A stretch of DNA of 64,000 bases from contig CALVPQ010000004.1 of the NCBI GenBank assembly GCA_944351415.1, forward strand, positions 86-64,085. The letters run 5' to 3'. The notes under the pieces were generated by a model, which was given only the letters and a program-made list of their open reading frames with translations, did no database searches and was not told the DNA's origin. Made by a program: the position numbers and the translations under genes. Positions 18,479 through 29,200 of this stretch are shown one piece after another; the stretch's first letter is position 1, and each line of letters begins with the position of its first letter. This DNA comes from an uncultured Clostridia bacterium (GTDB lineage Bacteria > Bacillota > Clostridia > Christensenellales > UBA1242).

Positions 18479-18991
18479 TTATTCTTTGTCGCTATCATTT
18501 TTTAATTTTAAATTTGCTTTCTTTTGGAATTTTCCATCTTGTTTATAAACAACAAATTTTATATCCTGATTTTTGCTAAGTTCTTGAACCCTTGCAAGAG
18601 CTTCTTCTTTAGTTTTTTTACTATCAATAACTCTAGCGGCACCATCTTTCTTTATTTTCCACATTTTATCTTCTTTATCAAATACAACTCTATATACTGA
18701 TTTTTTTGCCTTTTTTTCAGGTTCTTGTTCATTTTGAACTGTTTTTGTTTCCTCTTTTTCTGCTTTCTTGGCAGTAGTTTTCTTAGATTCAGTTTTTGAT
18801 GATTCTACTGAAGTTTTTTCTGTAGATTTTGAAGCTGTGCTTTTAGTTTGCTTTGCTTTTTTTTCTTCACTATCTTTCACAGTTTCCTTTTCTTCTTTTG
18901 TAACTTCTTGTTTAGTTTCTTCTACTTTTTGCTCTTCTTGTTTTTTGTTCTCTTTTTCTTGAGCTTTTTTCTTTTTGCTAAATGGCCACAT
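18479..18991 (-). CDS. Lys/Glu-rich protein with C-terminal DUF2188-like domain
   Basis: 170 aa. A disordered KE-rich N-terminal 95 aa is followed by YRVVFDKEDKMWKIKKDGAARVIDSKKTKEEALARVQEL, typical of DUF2188. Confidence 0.65.
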   Translation of the reverse strand: MWPFSKKKKAQEKENKKQEEQKVEETKQEVTKEEKETVKDSEEKKAKQTKSTASKSTEKTSVESSKTESKKTTAKKAEKEETKTVQNEQEPEKKAKKSVYRVVFDKEDKMWKIKKDGAARVIDSKKTKEEALARVQELSKNQDIKFVVYKQDGKFQKKANLKLKNDSDKE

Positions 18992-19132
18992 AATATTTTC
19001 TCCTTTATATAATTTTTAATCTAATTTTATTATAACATTATTATTTTGTTTTTTCAATATTTTTTATTTATTTTATAAATAAAATTTTTATTTTTTTATT
19101 TTTTATGCTATTATATCCTTAAAGGAGATTTT

Positions 19133-20314
19133 ATGAAAAATATTGGAACTATTTCTTGGGGTATAAAAGCACCTATTATTAGACCAGGAGACGACCTTGT
19201 TGAAATCACTTGTGAAAGTGTTATGAAAGCCGTTAAAGAAGGGAAAATTAAGCTTAAAGATAAAGATATAGTGGCAGTTACCGAAGCTGTTGTTGCAAAA
19301 AGTCAGGGAAATTTTGCGACCGTTGATGATATTGCTAAAGATGTGCGTGAAAAAATGGGTGAAGGCACTATAGGTGTGATTTTCCCTATCCTTTCTAGAA
19401 ACCGTTTCTCTAATATTTTAAAGGGTATCGCAAGAGGCTGTGATAACTTGATTATTCAGCTTTCCTATCCTTTTGATGAAGTTGGAAACCCACTTGTTTC
19501 TATAGATAGATTATATGAGCTTGGCATTACAAACTTTAACAAAACTTACACAGAAAAGCAATTTTATAAAATCGTTGGAAAGATTGAACACCCTTTCACT
19601 GGGCTTGATTATATAGATGTATATAAAAAAATCTGTGGTGAAAATTGTAAGATAATTCTTTCAAATGACCCTACAACTATCCTAAAATATACAAAAAAAG
19701 TTATTTCTGCTGATATTCACTCTCGCCACAGAAATAAAGCTTTGCTTTTAAAACGTGGAGCAAAAAAAGTTATAACTCTTGATGAAATCCTTAATCATTC
19801 TGTTAATGGAAGTGGTTTTAATGAAGAGTTCGGAGTGCTTGGCTCTAATCTTTCAACTGATGAAAAACTAAAACTTTTCCCTAGAGACACCAAAACCTTT
19901 GTTAGTAAATTACAAAAAAGACTTTGTGAAGTGAGTGGTGTTAAAATGGAATGTATGGTGTATGGCGATGGAGCATTTAAAGACCCTGTCGGCGGAATTT
20001 GGGAACTTGCTGACCCTGTTGTTTCACCTGCATACACAGGTGGACTTGAAGGAACACCTAATGAAATTAAATTGAAATATGTTGCTGACAATCAAATTGG
20101 AGAACTTAAAGGTAAAGAAGCGGAAGAAGCTATAAAAGATATAATCACTAAAAAAAGTAAAAACTTAAAAAATCAAAGTGTTTCGCTTGGCACTACTCCA
20201 AGACGTTATACCGACCTTCTTGGCTCTCTTTCTGATTTAACAAGTGGAAGTGGCGACAAGGGCACACCTATAGTTTTGATAACAGGTTATTTTGATAACT
20301 ATGCTGATGAATAA
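19133..20314 (+). CDS. CofE-like (F420-0:gamma-glutamyl ligase family) protein
   Basis: N-terminal GIKAPIIRPGDDLVEI ... DKDIVAVTEAVVAKSQGN matches the CofE-fold signature found in about 400-aa Firmicute homologues. AAAGGAG SD. Confidence 0.6.
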   Translation: MKNIGTISWGIKAPIIRPGDDLVEITCESVMKAVKEGKIKLKDKDIVAVTEAVVAKSQGNFATVDDIAKDVREKMGEGTIGVIFPILSRNRFSNILKGIARGCDNLIIQLSYPFDEVGNPLVSIDRLYELGITNFNKTYTEKQFYKIVGKIEHPFTGLDYIDVYKKICGENCKIILSNDPTTILKYTKKVISADIHSRHRNKALLLKRGAKKVITLDEILNHSVNGSGFNEEFGVLGSNLSTDEKLKLFPRDTKTFVSKLQKRLCEVSGVKMECMVYGDGAFKDPVGGIWELADPVVSPAYTGGLEGTPNEIKLKYVADNQIGELKGKEAEEAIKDIITKKSKNLKNQSVSLGTTPRRYTDLLGSLSDLTSGSGDKGTPIVLITGYFDNYADE

Positions 20315-20318
20315 AATT

Positions 20319-20357
20319 AAAAAATCCATAAAGTAAATTACCCTTTATGGATTTTTT
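20319..20357. terminator. bidirectional terminator between convergent genes
   Basis: AAAAAATCCATAAAG (20319-20333) pairs with CTTTATGGATTTTTT (20343-20357), 15 perfect bp. Confidence 0.75.
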
Positions 20358-20377
20358 ATATAATTGAGATTTATTTT

Positions 20378-21055
20378 TTATGTCCACCCATCTGAATTTG
20401 ATTCTGAAATTATTTCTTGGCGCAAGCGTATGTATTCTTCATAGTCGATAACACCATTTTGATATAAACTTTTTGCATCTTTAAGTCTTCGATATTGTTC
20501 TGATGAATTGTCTATACGATTATAGTAAATTGCTCCATAGTCTGAACCAATACCTACAAAATAGCCAACAAATGTTAATATAACAAAAATAAACCCACCG
20601 AAGAAAAACTGAAGTATTGAAATGCCAACTATTAGCCAAACATGCTCTATAAGTTCTTCTTGATTATATTTTGCAAAATTTTTTACTTTAAGACCGACAA
20701 TAAAACCTATTATTCCAACCACTGAAACAATAATACAACTTACCAATATCTTAGTGCGATTTTCATCATAGTCATAAGATGAATCTTGGCGAAGTTCACC
20801 ACTTCTGATAGCAAATACAATACCTAAAATTGCCATAGAAAGCACACAAAGTATACCAAAAACTACAGAAAGATAGCCAGACCATAAAAACCACTTATTT
20901 TTTGAATTACCATTTTTATAGCGTGCAAAAACAGAGCTTGTGTATTTATCATCAATCTGCTCATCGAACTCTAAATCTTCTGGTTTTATATTTCTAGGAA
21001 TTGAATCTCTAAGTTCTTCCTTTGCCTCATCACTTAGCTTATACTTGTCTTCCAT
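20378..21055 (-). CDS. membrane protein with C-terminal SHOCT domain
   Basis: Four TM helices, then LKDAKSLYQNGVIDYEEYIRLRQEII (SHOCT-like). No SD; a consensus promoter abuts the ATG. Confidence 0.7.
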   Translation of the reverse strand: MEDKYKLSDEAKEELRDSIPRNIKPEDLEFDEQIDDKYTSSVFARYKNGNSKNKWFLWSGYLSVVFGILCVLSMAILGIVFAIRSGELRQDSSYDYDENRTKILVSCIIVSVVGIIGFIVGLKVKNFAKYNQEELIEHVWLIVGISILQFFFGGFIFVILTFVGYFVGIGSDYGAIYYNRIDNSSEQYRRLKDAKSLYQNGVIDYEEYIRLRQEIISESNSDGWT

Positions 21056-21062
21056 GATTTAT

Positions 21063-21091
21063 ATTATAGCATACTTTTTGCTATTTGTAAA
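21063..21091 (-). promoter_or_regulatory. sigma-A type promoter giving a probable leaderless mRNA
   Basis: On the - strand: TTTACA, 17 nt containing TGC (extended -10), TATAAT, 7 nt, then ATG (21055). Confidence 0.55.
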
Positions 21092-21103
21092 GACAATACT
21101 TTT

Positions 21104-22135
21104 TTAAACTGTTTTTCTCTCTCCCCTAAATTTGCAAAGATTTGTTAATACTTCATATTCTGTGCTTTCTATTATTGGTGCTAAATCGCTTGCATTATCC
21201 ATTATTAAAACACTGTCGCCTATTTTGCAATTTATATCTGTAACGTCCACCATAAAAGCGTCCATACAAATATTACCTGTTGAGTGCGCTTGTTTCCCAT
21301 TTATTTTAACAATCAACCTATTAGATAATTTTCGTGGCAAGCCATCACCATATCCAAGCGGTATTGTTGCTATGGTGATATTCTTCTGGGCTGTGTAGCC
21401 ACATAAATAGCCAACATGTTCGCCTTTACTTACCTGTTGAATATCAACTATTGTGCTTTCTATACTAAGCACCGGCTTTACAAATTCATTGCCATAACCA
21501 TAGACTTCAAGTCCTACCCTAAACATATCAACATTAAGCTCTTCAAAGATACTTCGTCCGCCCCCTACATGTTTAATAGTGTGCCACTCTTCTGGGATAA
21601 GCTTAGCAAGTTTAAAAAATAGTTCTTTTTGTTTTTCTGTATAATCTCTATCTGTGGTAAGTGAAGAAAAATGTGTGTAAATACCTGTAAGAGGGGTATT
21701 TTTCTTTTTTAAATATGAAATTATTTTTGTAAGCTCTTTTTCACTTTTAATGCCATATCTATTCATACCTGTATTTAAACAAAGATGCATTTTAGGTGTT
21801 AATTGATATTTTTCTGCTATTTTTATCATTCTTTTAGCATCTAAATATGAAAATAAAGCAAAAGAAACATCATTTTGCATGCAAATTCTATAATCTTCGC
21901 ATGCACCAAAGACTATTATATCCTTCTTTGTATATTTTCTTGCTAGCAAAGCTTCACTTTGATTTGATACACCAAAATAATCAATTTTATCGTTTAAAAT
22001 TGAAATTATTTCTTTCATTCCATGCCCATAGGCATCTGCCTTTATCATAACACATATCTTGTGTCCTGCAATTTCTTGTATTTTTTCAACATTATGAATT
22101 AAATTTTTGCTATTTAAAAAAATTTTTGAAAACAT
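21104..22135 (-). CDS. alr: alanine racemase
   Basis: PLP-lysine motif VMIKADAYGHG. C-terminal beta domain with conserved YGDG-like LGYGDGLPR. Confidence 0.9.
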   Translation of the reverse strand: MFSKIFLNSKNLIHNVEKIQEIAGHKICVMIKADAYGHGMKEIISILNDKIDYFGVSNQSEALLARKYTKKDIIVFGACEDYRICMQNDVSFALFSYLDAKRMIKIAEKYQLTPKMHLCLNTGMNRYGIKSEKELTKIISYLKKKNTPLTGIYTHFSSLTTDRDYTEKQKELFFKLAKLIPEEWHTIKHVGGGRSIFEELNVDMFRVGLEVYGYGNEFVKPVLSIESTIVDIQQVSKGEHVGYLCGYTAQKNITIATIPLGYGDGLPRKLSNRLIVKINGKQAHSTGNICMDAFMVDVTDINCKIGDSVLIMDNASDLAPIIESTEYEVLTNLCKFRGERKTV

Positions 22136-22210
22136 AACATTATATATTCTAAAAAATTATTTTATGTTTAAAAATTTTTAGATTTTATAAATAATAGTTG
22201 ACACAAAAAA

Positions 22211-22301
22211 GGTCTAGCAACCACACGCATGAAATGCGTGCAAAAACGCAGAATGCGTTTGGCAACTTTTGAATTTACTTCAAAAGTTGGGCTGCTAGAC
22301 C
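22211..22301 (-). ncRNA. four-way-junction hairpin module between ltaS-like gene and alr; candidate structured RNA or branched terminator
   Basis: Closing stem GGTCTAGCA/TGCTAGACC (9 bp, plus CC/GG after one A-C mismatch). Hairpins 22224-22240, 22244-22260 (both 7 bp, GAA loop) and 22263-22289 (11 bp). The T6 tract is on the - strand (22205-22210). Confidence 0.5.
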
Positions 22302-22374
22302 TGTGGAATGACTGAATTATTTATCATAATAAAATCAATTATAATCTCTTTTTATAACTTTTTTATAATCTAAG

Positions 22375-24396
22375 TTAAACATATTGTGAGCCAAGTTTTA
22401 TTGTTCCATTAATTCCATTTTCATAGATGATTTCAAGTTCTTCCTGACGTTTAAAAAACCTATTTGCATTTTTATTGAAATTTTCAATATCTTGGTCTGT
22501 TACATTATCGCCTACAATATAGATGTCAGTGATATTTAAACTATAAATATCTTCGGTAAACATTCCATTTAAGTGTGAAGCAAAGAAAGAATTTTTTATT
22601 TCTTCAGAGAAAATAGAAAATCCATACAATAAATTGGTATTTGAAGGGAGCCCATATACATCACATATTGTAGGAAGAACATCATAAGTGTTGCAGAATG
22701 TATCTATTATCTCACCTTCTCCTTGAGTAAGTTTAGGGCTATAGAGCATTAAAGGTATATTATAGGCAAAGGTTTCTTGAAAATCAGATTTTTCGATACC
22801 TTTAACTTTTAAACTTAAGTCATGATAATAGGCATTATGGTCAGCAAAAAGCAAAATTGATGTATCACTAGCTCTTCCACGTTCTTCAAGTTCTGATATA
22901 ATATTTGCCACTGTGTGGTCAAGGTCTATGAAGGCTGCCTTATAATAATAAAAATGTTTATAGTCACTTTCATCAGTTGGAATTGTGAAAGGTGTGTTTT
23001 CTTCAACCCATACAGAATACTCTTCAAAATTTTCATCATAAATTTGATAATATTCTTCGTAATAAGGATTCCTGTATGTATAAGGTCCATGTGTTGAGAT
23101 TGTTGCAAAGAAAGTTAAAAATCTATCGGTGTCTGGAATGATATAGTCCATTAAATTGGAAGAAAAATCTAAATCGGTAAACCATTTACCCCAGCCCTTT
23201 TGTTCTTGCTCGCCTGTGTAATCTTCAAGCATATACATATAATCAAAACCTAAACCACTTATATGAGTTACATCTCTATTATAAAAATCCCCTGTATTTT
23301 GGTGCACGTAGGTTGTGACAGTTTCTTCATCACTTGATGTTGCTTTAAATAATTTTGGAAGAGCATAATCAAAGTTATAGCCATTTTCTAATGCTTCTGT
23401 GATAGAAATGTTTCTTGGTGTTGAACCATTAAGAACTATACCTTCGCTATTATTTGTTCTATTTCTTGCATGAAAACCTGTGAAGGATATTGAATTATTG
23501 CCACTTGCAATAGAATATAGAGTTGGGGTATTGAATGGGTCTATCGCATACCAATCCATGCTTTCGCACAAAATTACGATTAAATTATCTCCATATAATG
23601 GAGCATCTGGATTTTCCGCTTGATAACCTTCATCTATAAAATTTTGATAAAAATCTTTCTCATTATTATCTGCTTCATTATGAAAAATCAAATTAAGCAC
23701 ACTCTTTGTGTAGAACCCATAGTTTCCAAATTTTTCAAAAGCATCAAGCTTAAATTGAAAGTTATTCCATAAATATTTATCACTGCTTTCAATTTCTGAC
23801 TGCCCAGGTTCTGTGTCGGCAAGTGTGTGCTCTTGTAGTCCAAATAAACCAAGACCCATGGACCAACATAGCACTGTAGTTGCAAGAACTATAACAGGCA
23901 TAGAAAAGTTTTTTATTGTGACTGTTTTTTTGTTCTTTTTTACTAGAATAACCCCAGTTACAACTATAACAACATAAATTGCAAAGTTTAAAAATACTCC
24001 ACCCCAGTCTATTACATCTGCAGTTATAGCTGAAGTAGCCTCACCGCCTAAATAAAATAAATCAAAAGATAAAATATCGCCAAAGATATTATACATTGTT
24101 GAGTTTGCAATATTTAAAGCACATTGTATAAACAATAAAAGGTAGTATAGAATTTGCATAGCTATTTTGTTATGCACAACATAAATTAAGCCTGCAAGCA
24201 TTAAAATAATTGCAAAGTCAAATAAAAAATATGATGGAAAAACCATTAACGAGCCTTCTGTATTTCTAAAGCCTAGATATAAAAAGTTAGCCATTTCAAA
24301 AATGATGGCAAAAAATATAAATAATGCAGGAAAAATAAAATTATTTGTTGATATTTCTTTCTCTTTGATTTTCATACTCACCTTTAGTTTATCCAT
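22375..24396 (-). CDS. LtaS-family sulfatase-domain protein (lipoteichoic acid synthase / phosphoglycerol transferase type)
   Basis: N-terminal 5-TM block followed by an extracellular sulfatase domain (LIVILCESMDWY, ISTHGPY, LFADHN). Start is uncertain: GTG 24423, ATG 24396 or ATG 24375. Confidence 0.8.
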   Translation of the reverse strand: MDKLKVSMKIKEKEISTNNFIFPALFIFFAIIFEMANFLYLGFRNTEGSLMVFPSYFLFDFAIILMLAGLIYVVHNKIAMQILYYLLLFIQCALNIANSTMYNIFGDILSFDLFYLGGEATSAITADVIDWGGVFLNFAIYVVIVVTGVILVKKNKKTVTIKNFSMPVIVLATTVLCWSMGLGLFGLQEHTLADTEPGQSEIESSDKYLWNNFQFKLDAFEKFGNYGFYTKSVLNLIFHNEADNNEKDFYQNFIDEGYQAENPDAPLYGDNLIVILCESMDWYAIDPFNTPTLYSIASGNNSISFTGFHARNRTNNSEGIVLNGSTPRNISITEALENGYNFDYALPKLFKATSSDEETVTTYVHQNTGDFYNRDVTHISGLGFDYMYMLEDYTGEQEQKGWGKWFTDLDFSSNLMDYIIPDTDRFLTFFATISTHGPYTYRNPYYEEYYQIYDENFEEYSVWVEENTPFTIPTDESDYKHFYYYKAAFIDLDHTVANIISELEERGRASDTSILLFADHNAYYHDLSLKVKGIEKSDFQETFAYNIPLMLYSPKLTQGEGEIIDTFCNTYDVLPTICDVYGLPSNTNLLYGFSIFSEEIKNSFFASHLNGMFTEDIYSLNITDIYIVGDNVTDQDIENFNKNANRFFKRQEELEIIYENGINGTIKLGSQYV

Positions 24397-24551
24397 TTTA
24401 TCTTCTAACTTACAATATAGCACTTATTATATTACAATTTGCTATAAAAGTAAATAAAAAAATATAAATATATAAAATATTTATACAAAAAATAAAATAA
24501 AAAAAACGTTCTTGTATATAACCTTATAAAAACGTTTTTTTTATTTTTAAA

Positions 24552-24887
24552 TTAAATTAAACAAAGTGGAACTATTATTCCGGCAATAACAATAAGCAAG
24601 CAAATAACATAAAGCACTTTCCAAACAACTTGCTTTGACCTTACATAACGCCATGCTAAAATTGCAACAATAACTATCATTATTGCGGTTGCAATACCTT
24701 GTAAAGCTTTTATTGCAGTGTTAAGTGAGTTTGCATTAATTGCAGACAAAATAAGTGATACTGCATATAAAACTGTTACGGCTACTATTGTCCAGAATGA
24801 TATTTTATTAAGTCCCCAAAAATTGCTCTTCTTTGAACTTGATGATGAGCTTGAACTCTTTGAAGATGATGATTTCTTAGTTGCCAT
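24552..24887 (-). CDS. small membrane protein with poly-Ser N-terminus
   Basis: 111 aa. MATKKSSSSKSSSSSSSSKKS followed by three TM helices. Confidence 0.55.
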   Translation of the reverse strand: MATKKSSSSKSSSSSSSSKKSNFWGLNKISFWTIVAVTVLYAVSLILSAINANSLNTAIKALQGIATAIMIVIVAILAWRYVRSKQVVWKVLYVICLLIVIAGIIVPLCLI

Positions 24888-24980
24888 TTATTTATCCTCC
24901 TAGCATGCATTATACTATTATTTATTTTAGTTGTCAATTTATTGTTATATTTTCTTATTAAATTTTTTAAAATATTATTT

Positions 24981-25202
24981 TTAAGGCTCTTTTTTTATCT
25001 CAATTATTTTGTCACTATACATTATTAAATATGGTATGTATTCTTCCCATCTATAACTTCTTATCGGCATGGGGCGATGATTAGAAAAATATAATACTAG
25101 AGCAGGTTTTATTCCATTATAATTATCAACAAATCGGTAGCCAACAAGCCTACCAGACATAATTAGTTTTTTAATTTCAGCATGATAATTATAATAACTC
25201 AT
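24981..25202 (-). CDS. hypothetical small protein
   Basis: 73-82 aa ORF (ATG 25202 or TTG 25229), no SD, no recognisable motif. Confidence 0.4.
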   Translation of the reverse strand: MSYYNYHAEIKKLIMSGRLVGYRFVDNYNGIKPALVLYFSNHRPMPIRSYRWEEYIPYLIMYSDKIIEIKKEP

Positions 25203-25256
25203 AATAAAATAGTATTGTTTAATTTTCAAAAAATATTAATTAAATAGCATTTTCCC

Positions 25257-26063
25257 CTAACCTAAAGCAATATCCAAAACCATCATAAGCACAAAACCAA
25301 CTATAAAACCACACGGGCCAATATTCCCTGAGTGTGAATTTTTAGCATCTGGCAAAAGTTCTTCTGCAACCACAAAAAGCATTGCTCCTGCTGAAAAAGA
25401 TAGAAGCCAAGGCATCAAATTTGATAAAACCTTCGCTAGATAAATTCCAACCACAGCCATAACAGGCTCAACAAGGCCACTGAAAGTGCCAAAGAAAAAT
25501 GCCTTTTTACTTGAACCAAGTTGTTCTTTCATTGGAAGACTGATTGCCACCCCCTCGGGTAAATTTTGAAGACCTATACCAATAGCAAGCCATAAAGCCG
25601 AGTAAAAAGCAGATGTATCCCCTAAGATAAAGGCATTTCCAAAAGCAAGCCCAACTGCCAATCCTTCTGGAATATTATGCAACGTGACAGCAAGAAAAAG
25701 TTTCGTCGATTTGCTTAGTCCATGCTTCTTTTGAAAAAATTCTTTATTTTGAATATCATTTTTTTCTTTTTTTAAAAAATATGGTATAATTTTATCCATT
25801 ATAATCAAAAACAAACACCCTAAAATTATACCAATAGCCGCTGGTAAAAAATTAAGTTTGCCCATTTGTGAAGATTGTTCAATAGAGGGTAATAGCAGTG
25901 ACCAAACAGAAGCCGCTATCATAACACCTGAAGCGAAGCCTAAAAATAGACTTTTTAGCTTTTCGCTTACCCTTCTTCTAAACAAAAACACAACTGTAGA
26001 ACCTAAGGTTGTCATTAAAAATATAAAAGATATACCTAAAATCGTCAGTGTTAAACCATTCAC
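25257..26063 (-). CDS. zupT: ZIP-family divalent metal (zinc) transporter
   Basis: HNIPEGLAVG and LQNLPEGVAISLP signatures, 8 TM helices. GTG start with AAAGGA upstream. Confidence 0.85.
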   Translation of the reverse strand: MNGLTLTILGISFIFLMTTLGSTVVFLFRRRVSEKLKSLFLGFASGVMIAASVWSLLLPSIEQSSQMGKLNFLPAAIGIILGCLFLIIMDKIIPYFLKKEKNDIQNKEFFQKKHGLSKSTKLFLAVTLHNIPEGLAVGLAFGNAFILGDTSAFYSALWLAIGIGLQNLPEGVAISLPMKEQLGSSKKAFFFGTFSGLVEPVMAVVGIYLAKVLSNLMPWLLSFSAGAMLFVVAEELLPDAKNSHSGNIGPCGFIVGFVLMMVLDIALG

Positions 26064-26256
26064 TTTTTATCCTTTTCGCACTTCCCCCATTATCAATATA
26101 AAATATTTTAGATAAAAGTGTGAAAAATTTTTAAATTTGAGAAATTTAATTGCAATTTTATCTTTAAAACCTTTTTTATAAAAAAACTTACACAAAAATT
26201 ATTGTGTAAGCTTTTTTAAATATTTTATATTTCTATTTTATTGTAGTTTAATAAAC

Positions 26257-29200
26257 TTATTTTTCAGATTTTGAAGCTTCATAAAATTTCTTCTGAGCAT
26301 TAATTGCTTTTACTATACTGTTGATAACCTTATTTTTATTAAGCCACCAATCACGACTCCATACCCTTATAATTTTCCAACCACGAGATTCAAGAAATTT
26401 ATTGCGGTATACGTCGCGTTCCATAATTGAATCACTGCTTTTGAATGCTGCATAGTCACATTCTATACCTAAAAGGTATCTATCAATATTCTTGTCATAA
26501 ACGGCAAGTGAAAGTTTATAATCTGTGCTACCTAAGTTTGTTTCAACGCTATAACCAAGCTTTGTAAGCTCATCTTTTATATATTTCTCAAGATTATTTT
26601 CAACAATAACATCATTTGTTTCTGGCAAGGCAGGTTTAAAACTATTTAAAACATATTCTGCTTCCTTATATTTCTTGTTGGATATTGCTCTAACATATTT
26701 AAGATAACTCTTAAAAATCTTAGGTCCCGCATTCTTTGTGCCTTCAACAGCAAGTTCTTCTGGTTCTATACTTGTGACGACATATATTTTCTCTTTTGCA
26801 CGAGTGATTGCAACGTTAAGTCTATTTTCGCCACCTTCAACTGAAAGTGGACCAAAGTGAGCAACAACCTTGCCATACTCATTTCTTGCATAACCTATTG
26901 AAAAAATGATTATATCACGTTCATCACCTTGAACATTTTCAAGATTTTTAATAAATATTGATGTGTCTTCCCCATTTTCCTTTCTATTTTGCTCTCTGAT
27001 GTATGCATCGCGGAAAGCGGTGTCTTTATGACATTCTTTATCTATAGCATCTTCTATAGCATTTTCTTGCTCTGTATTAAATGTTATAATACCAATAGAA
27101 CTTTTATTTCTCTTATTTTTTATTAGTTTTTTAAGTAGTGTTACAATAGCCTGAGCCTCTTCCTCATTGTGGCGATTAATCCACTTGCCATTGACCTTTA
27201 TTCTTTCAATTGGTTTATTGCCAACATTTTTTGATATATTAGGTGCAATTTGAAGTTTACCATCATAGAAGGCATAGTTTGAGAAGTTTATAAGCTCTTC
27301 ATTTTTACTTCTATAGTGATATGTTAGGTTTGTGCTTGTATAACGAGAAGTTGCAAGGTCTAGTAAACTTTCAACTTCGAGAGCTGCCTGTGTTGCAAGG
27401 TCAATATCGTCATCACTATCATTGCCAAGGTATCTTTTCATAAAGGTTGCTGTTGGGCGGAGCTGTTTAGAGTCCCCTGCGACAACAATAAATTTTCCCC
27501 TATATATTGTTGGAAGTGTGTTTTCTATAAATACCTGACTGGCTTCATCAAATAAAATTATATCAAACATATTCCGTTTAAGAGGAAATATTGTTGAAAC
27601 ACTCTCTGGTGATAAAAGCCAACATGGGAATAATTTAAGAAGATAATCTCCATAAAGTTCCATCATCTTACGAACTGGCATAAGTGCCTGTTGTTTTGTG
27701 ATTTGATATAGATAATTTTTATTATCAGGGTCGCTATTAAAATGTTCCACATAATCACTTTTAAACTTATCAATTGCTATTTCGCTTGATATACGTTTTT
27801 CATCTGCTTTTAAAGACATAATTCTGTTACGTATATTCTCAAAATCAATAATCTTTGAAAGTTTTTCTTTGTTAAGTTCTTCATAGGTTACTGCTTCATG
27901 ATATATTCTTATCTCTAATATTCTGCCAACAATATCTTGAAATTGCCTTAAATTCTTAGAATTTGTAAAGGCAAAGTTAAGAATGGTTTTTTCATCATCT
28001 GTAAGCCCCTGAAGTGAAACATTAACATCACGAATTTCAACATAATCATCAAGAGCATTCAATAGTAACTTTAAGAAAATTGTGTTGCCGTTGACAATAT
28101 TATCAACAGTCATTAGGTATCCTTTTCTATCAAGAACTTTCTCAAGTAAAGAATAATTGCTTATATAATTTTTTATATCATTTAAAGTGCTTTCAAATTG
28201 AGATGCAATCTCTTTTTCCTTCTTGTTTAAGTTATATTTAACAAATGGATAAGCTGGGAATAGAACTTTTGACCAATTTAATGCTTTATGCAACTTTGGA
28301 TAGTCTATTTTTGAAATCATTTTTACAAGCGGTTTGGTGTTTTTGCTGTCTTCTATATCATTTTCAAGCATATATACCATAAGTTGTCTTGCATGTGGGT
28401 GTTTTGCTGTGTCAAAAGGTATAATTGTTTTTTGAATAAGTCCATTTAGATAAGTTTTCATCTGATTGATAACATGAATATCAACATCTGCCCTGATATG
28501 GTCAATAAGTGGATTTGTCTTCTTTAGTTGTATATATCTATAATAAAGTGCTGCCTTATTCTTCTCTTTTATAACTCTGATTGTTTGATAAAGATGTTTG
28601 TAGTCCATCTTCATTATTTCATGATTTTTTAGCATAAGTTTATAAAGCACATAGTCGTTGCTTGTTTTGCCAATTCTAGCAGAATTTGCATACATCTCTT
28701 GCAGTGTTAGCCCAAATGGAGTTTTTGTGAAAAGTGTGTCTGATATAACCTGCAATTCTTCCACTTCTTTTTGAATATTTTTCTCGACAATGGCATACTC
28801 ATCATTTTCTTCTCTGGCATGATATGAACCCATTAAGGCTTGATGCATTTTATTGCAACGTTCATAAAATTCCACCTTATTCTTTTCTGCATCTGTTATA
28901 AACATACATTTTGAATTTAAGGTTTTAAGACGGTTAAATACAACGTCGAGCGCAGCCTTTTTTTGAGATACAACAAGCACTCTTTTATTTTTACAAAGTG
29001 CATCAGAGATGATATTAACAATAGTTTGTGATTTACCTGTTCCTGGTGGACCATATATGACCAAATTGCCAGATTGGTTAAGTTTTGCAATCGCATTTTC
29101 TTGAGCATAGTCAAGGTCGTTTATTGTATATACCCTAGGGTCAATCTTTTTAAGTTTCTTGCTTTGCTTGCCTTGAAGAAGCTGGTCAATCGCTTCGCTT

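Noticed and set aside
22139-22144. TATAAT 3 nt upstream of the alr ATG as a leaderless promoter
   Set aside because: The spacing is too short for a TSS at the start codon, and no good -35 is present. Unlike the 21063-21091 case it does not fit promoter geometry.
26148-26157. AATTGCAATT palindrome upstream of zupT as a Zur box
   Set aside because: Only 10 bp, AT-rich, and it does not resemble the Firmicute Zur consensus I know. Chance occurrence is plausible in this composition.
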